A DNA stretch of 63,870 nucleotides, the filler included, from Octopus bimaculoides (taxonomy: Eukaryota), in the NCBI RefSeq assembly GCF_001194135.2. It is 7 parts of 7 records of this genome, joined end to end, with 100 filler letters (N's around TTAATTAATTAA, not from the genome) between each part and the next. Parts side by side here need not be neighbours in the genome. Positions count along the whole stretch, not along the records: positions 61,821 to 63,870 come from NW_026360377.1; 6 more parts are not named here. One strand, given 5' to 3'. A program made the translations under genes and the position numbers. The notes under the pieces were generated by a model, which did no database searches, was not told the DNA's origin, and saw nothing but the letters and a program-made list of their open reading frames with translations. Shown here one piece after another: positions 63,550 through 63,870 of this stretch. The first letter of the stretch is position 1; each line of letters starts with the position of its first letter.

Positions 63550-63870
63550 TGGACCAGGATATAATTAATTGTACATGTTTAGATAAAACTAAATGTAATT
63601 TTAATAATAAATGTAATTTGAAGGATGTAGTGTATAAATGTATAGTGACGTTATTGAATGGGAATAAACATAATAGTTATAATTTAAATAAGATTTATAC
63701 AGGATCGACTTCTAATAAAATTAAATTAAGAGTGGCACAGCATATGCACTCATTTAAGAATAGAAATTTGATTAATTCTACTGGACTCACTAAATATATA
63801 TGGGGACTTAAATCTAATGATATTAACTATATTTTAAAATGGGAGATAGTTTGTAAGGCAAAATCCTATC
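61821..63870 (+). mobile_element. Decayed Penelope-like element: RT + GIY-YIG endonuclease, running off the window end
   Basis: SDKTRNLYKL, PMGASDSAQVTDLVGIYLL, GGLYRDD and YIHAKSNHPPSI in the RT and thumb. IPYGVRIKTNI and VVYSTTNN in the linker. CxC, VVYKC, KIYTGSTSNKIKLR..H, TKYIWGLK and LKWEIVCKAKSY in GIY-YIG. Frameshifts and stops are present. Confidence 0.92.

Overview
AT-rich, repeat-dense eukaryotic genomic DNA. It is most likely octopus, an inference from the SINE families and microsatellite load. Six artificial 100-bp spacers (44 N + TTAATTAATTAA + 44 N) split the window into seven joined pieces, so adjacency across them is not proven. The only host gene I can support is two exons of a clan-3 (CYP3A-like) cytochrome P450 on + (55231-55388, 55648-55736). 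The rest is mostly retroelements: a 5'-truncated HERO-type RLE element with an open C-terminal frame, R4/Dong-like 3' ends in microsatellites, Penelope-like remnants (one with RT + GIY-YIG), CR1-like and RTE LINE fragments, more than 25 tRNA-derived SINE copies, hAT-type MITEs and several long fold-backs. The most interesting region is 21.6-22.5 kb, directly 3' of the HERO ORF. It has three 60-bp repeats with palindromic E-boxes, then a correctly spaced TATA + TCAGT initiator. After a 208-N gap comes a 279-nt direct-repeat unit carrying hammerhead core strands in a non-circularly-permuted (pseudoknotted) order. Together these suggest an LTR-like promoter/ribozyme terminal module on a non-LTR element. 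Penelope-type minimal hammerheads also recur in outward-facing inverted pairs, one of them on a tRNA-headed SINE. All structures were read by eye; none was computed or searched.
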